Shown one piece after another: positions 16,236-16,604 of a DNA stretch of 16,604 nt. The notes beneath the pieces were generated by a model. It had not been told where the DNA came from. It was given only the letters and a program-made list of their open reading frames with translations, and searched no databases. Position 1 is the first letter of the stretch. Each line of letters starts with the position of its first letter. The stretch comes from Cyanobacteria bacterium J06626_4 (GTDB lineage Bacteria; Cyanobacteriota; Cyanobacteriia; Phormidesmidales; Phormidesmidaceae), in NCBI GenBank assembly GCA_038523235.1, contig JBCBJQ010000122.1, positions 1 to 16,604 on the forward strand, given 5' to 3'. The position numbers and the translations under genes are program-made.

Positions 16236-16427
16236 CTGGATGCTGATCAACATCGGCAAGATTGTTGGCCCTGTAAGCTCGTTTGCGATCGCACCTCAAC
16301 TGCACTTTTGGGCATCCTTAGGAGGTCAGTTCAATCCGCTGCCAAAGCGCCTCCTCATTATGCGCCGCCTCAACAATCGTGCCTACGAGATTATTGCCCA
16401 AGAGATTAAGCGCCTGGTTCGTGATCC

Positions 16428-16604
16428 GGCCCTGTCCTGTTAAGGGGTGAAGCATTGAAAGCCTCTGGACAAGAGTAATTCAGAGATCTTCAATGGCCTC
16501 TGAATGAATCCCATCGCTATGGCAGGTGTCTTCGTTTTACCCAAACTCCAATGGGGCCTCACCCAGTTGTGGATTAACCGCTGTACATTCAAGGCCCTCT
16601 ATAA
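16428..16604 (-). mobile_element. 3' end of an IS1-family-like transposase pseudogene with probable terminal repeat, partial
   Basis: Minus frame from 16604 reads L*RALNVQRLIHNWVRPHWSLGKTKTPAIAMGFIQRPLKISELLLSRGFQCFTP* (stop 16440-16442). HNWxRPHxSL..TPAxAxG is typical of IS1-like DDE C-termini. In-frame TAG at codon 2; GGCCCTGTCC at 16428 is a plausible end. Confidence 0.7.

Larger units (their letters stand above)
1048..16292. repeat. Dispersed HIP1 octamer GCGATCGC (about 21 copies)
   Basis: Copies at about 1048, 2195, 2835, 3927, 4128, 4224, 4998, 5196, 7446, 8868, 9001, 9322/9328, 9992, 10290, 10980, 11013, 12009, 12370, 15769 and 16285. HIP1 is a hallmark of many cyanobacterial genomes. 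Confidence 0.95.

Noticed and set aside
16240..16443. 67-aa plus-strand ORF
   Set aside because: No clear family motif or RBS, and it ends inside the probable IS terminus.

Overview
Cyanobacterial chromosomal DNA: I counted about 21 HIP1 GCGATCGC octamers, and the DUF3285-ybeY-dgkA-trpG/pabA cluster is present. From left to right: the 5' end of an ABC/SMC-type ATPase gene running off the left edge (missing from the ORF track) behind an AT-rich, hairpin-rich spacer; a SNF2 helicase + SWIM zinc-finger operon; a small membrane protein; an orphan PAS histidine kinase with an unclear start; an AT-rich speG gene that resembles gammaproteobacterial SpeG; a cobalamin riboswitch, a 43-codon leader ORF and an uncharacterised membrane protein; a coupled pair of an atypical LDH/MDH-superfamily dehydrogenase and a divergent IlvH/IlvN-like ACT protein; the housekeeping cluster; an orphan Cache/HAMP histidine kinase; and an IS1-like transposase remnant at the right edge. 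The best candidate for an undescribed system is the dehydrogenase + AHAS-small-subunit-like pair, followed by the B12-riboswitch/leader/membrane-protein unit. Family assignments come from motif recognition by eye; no searches were run.
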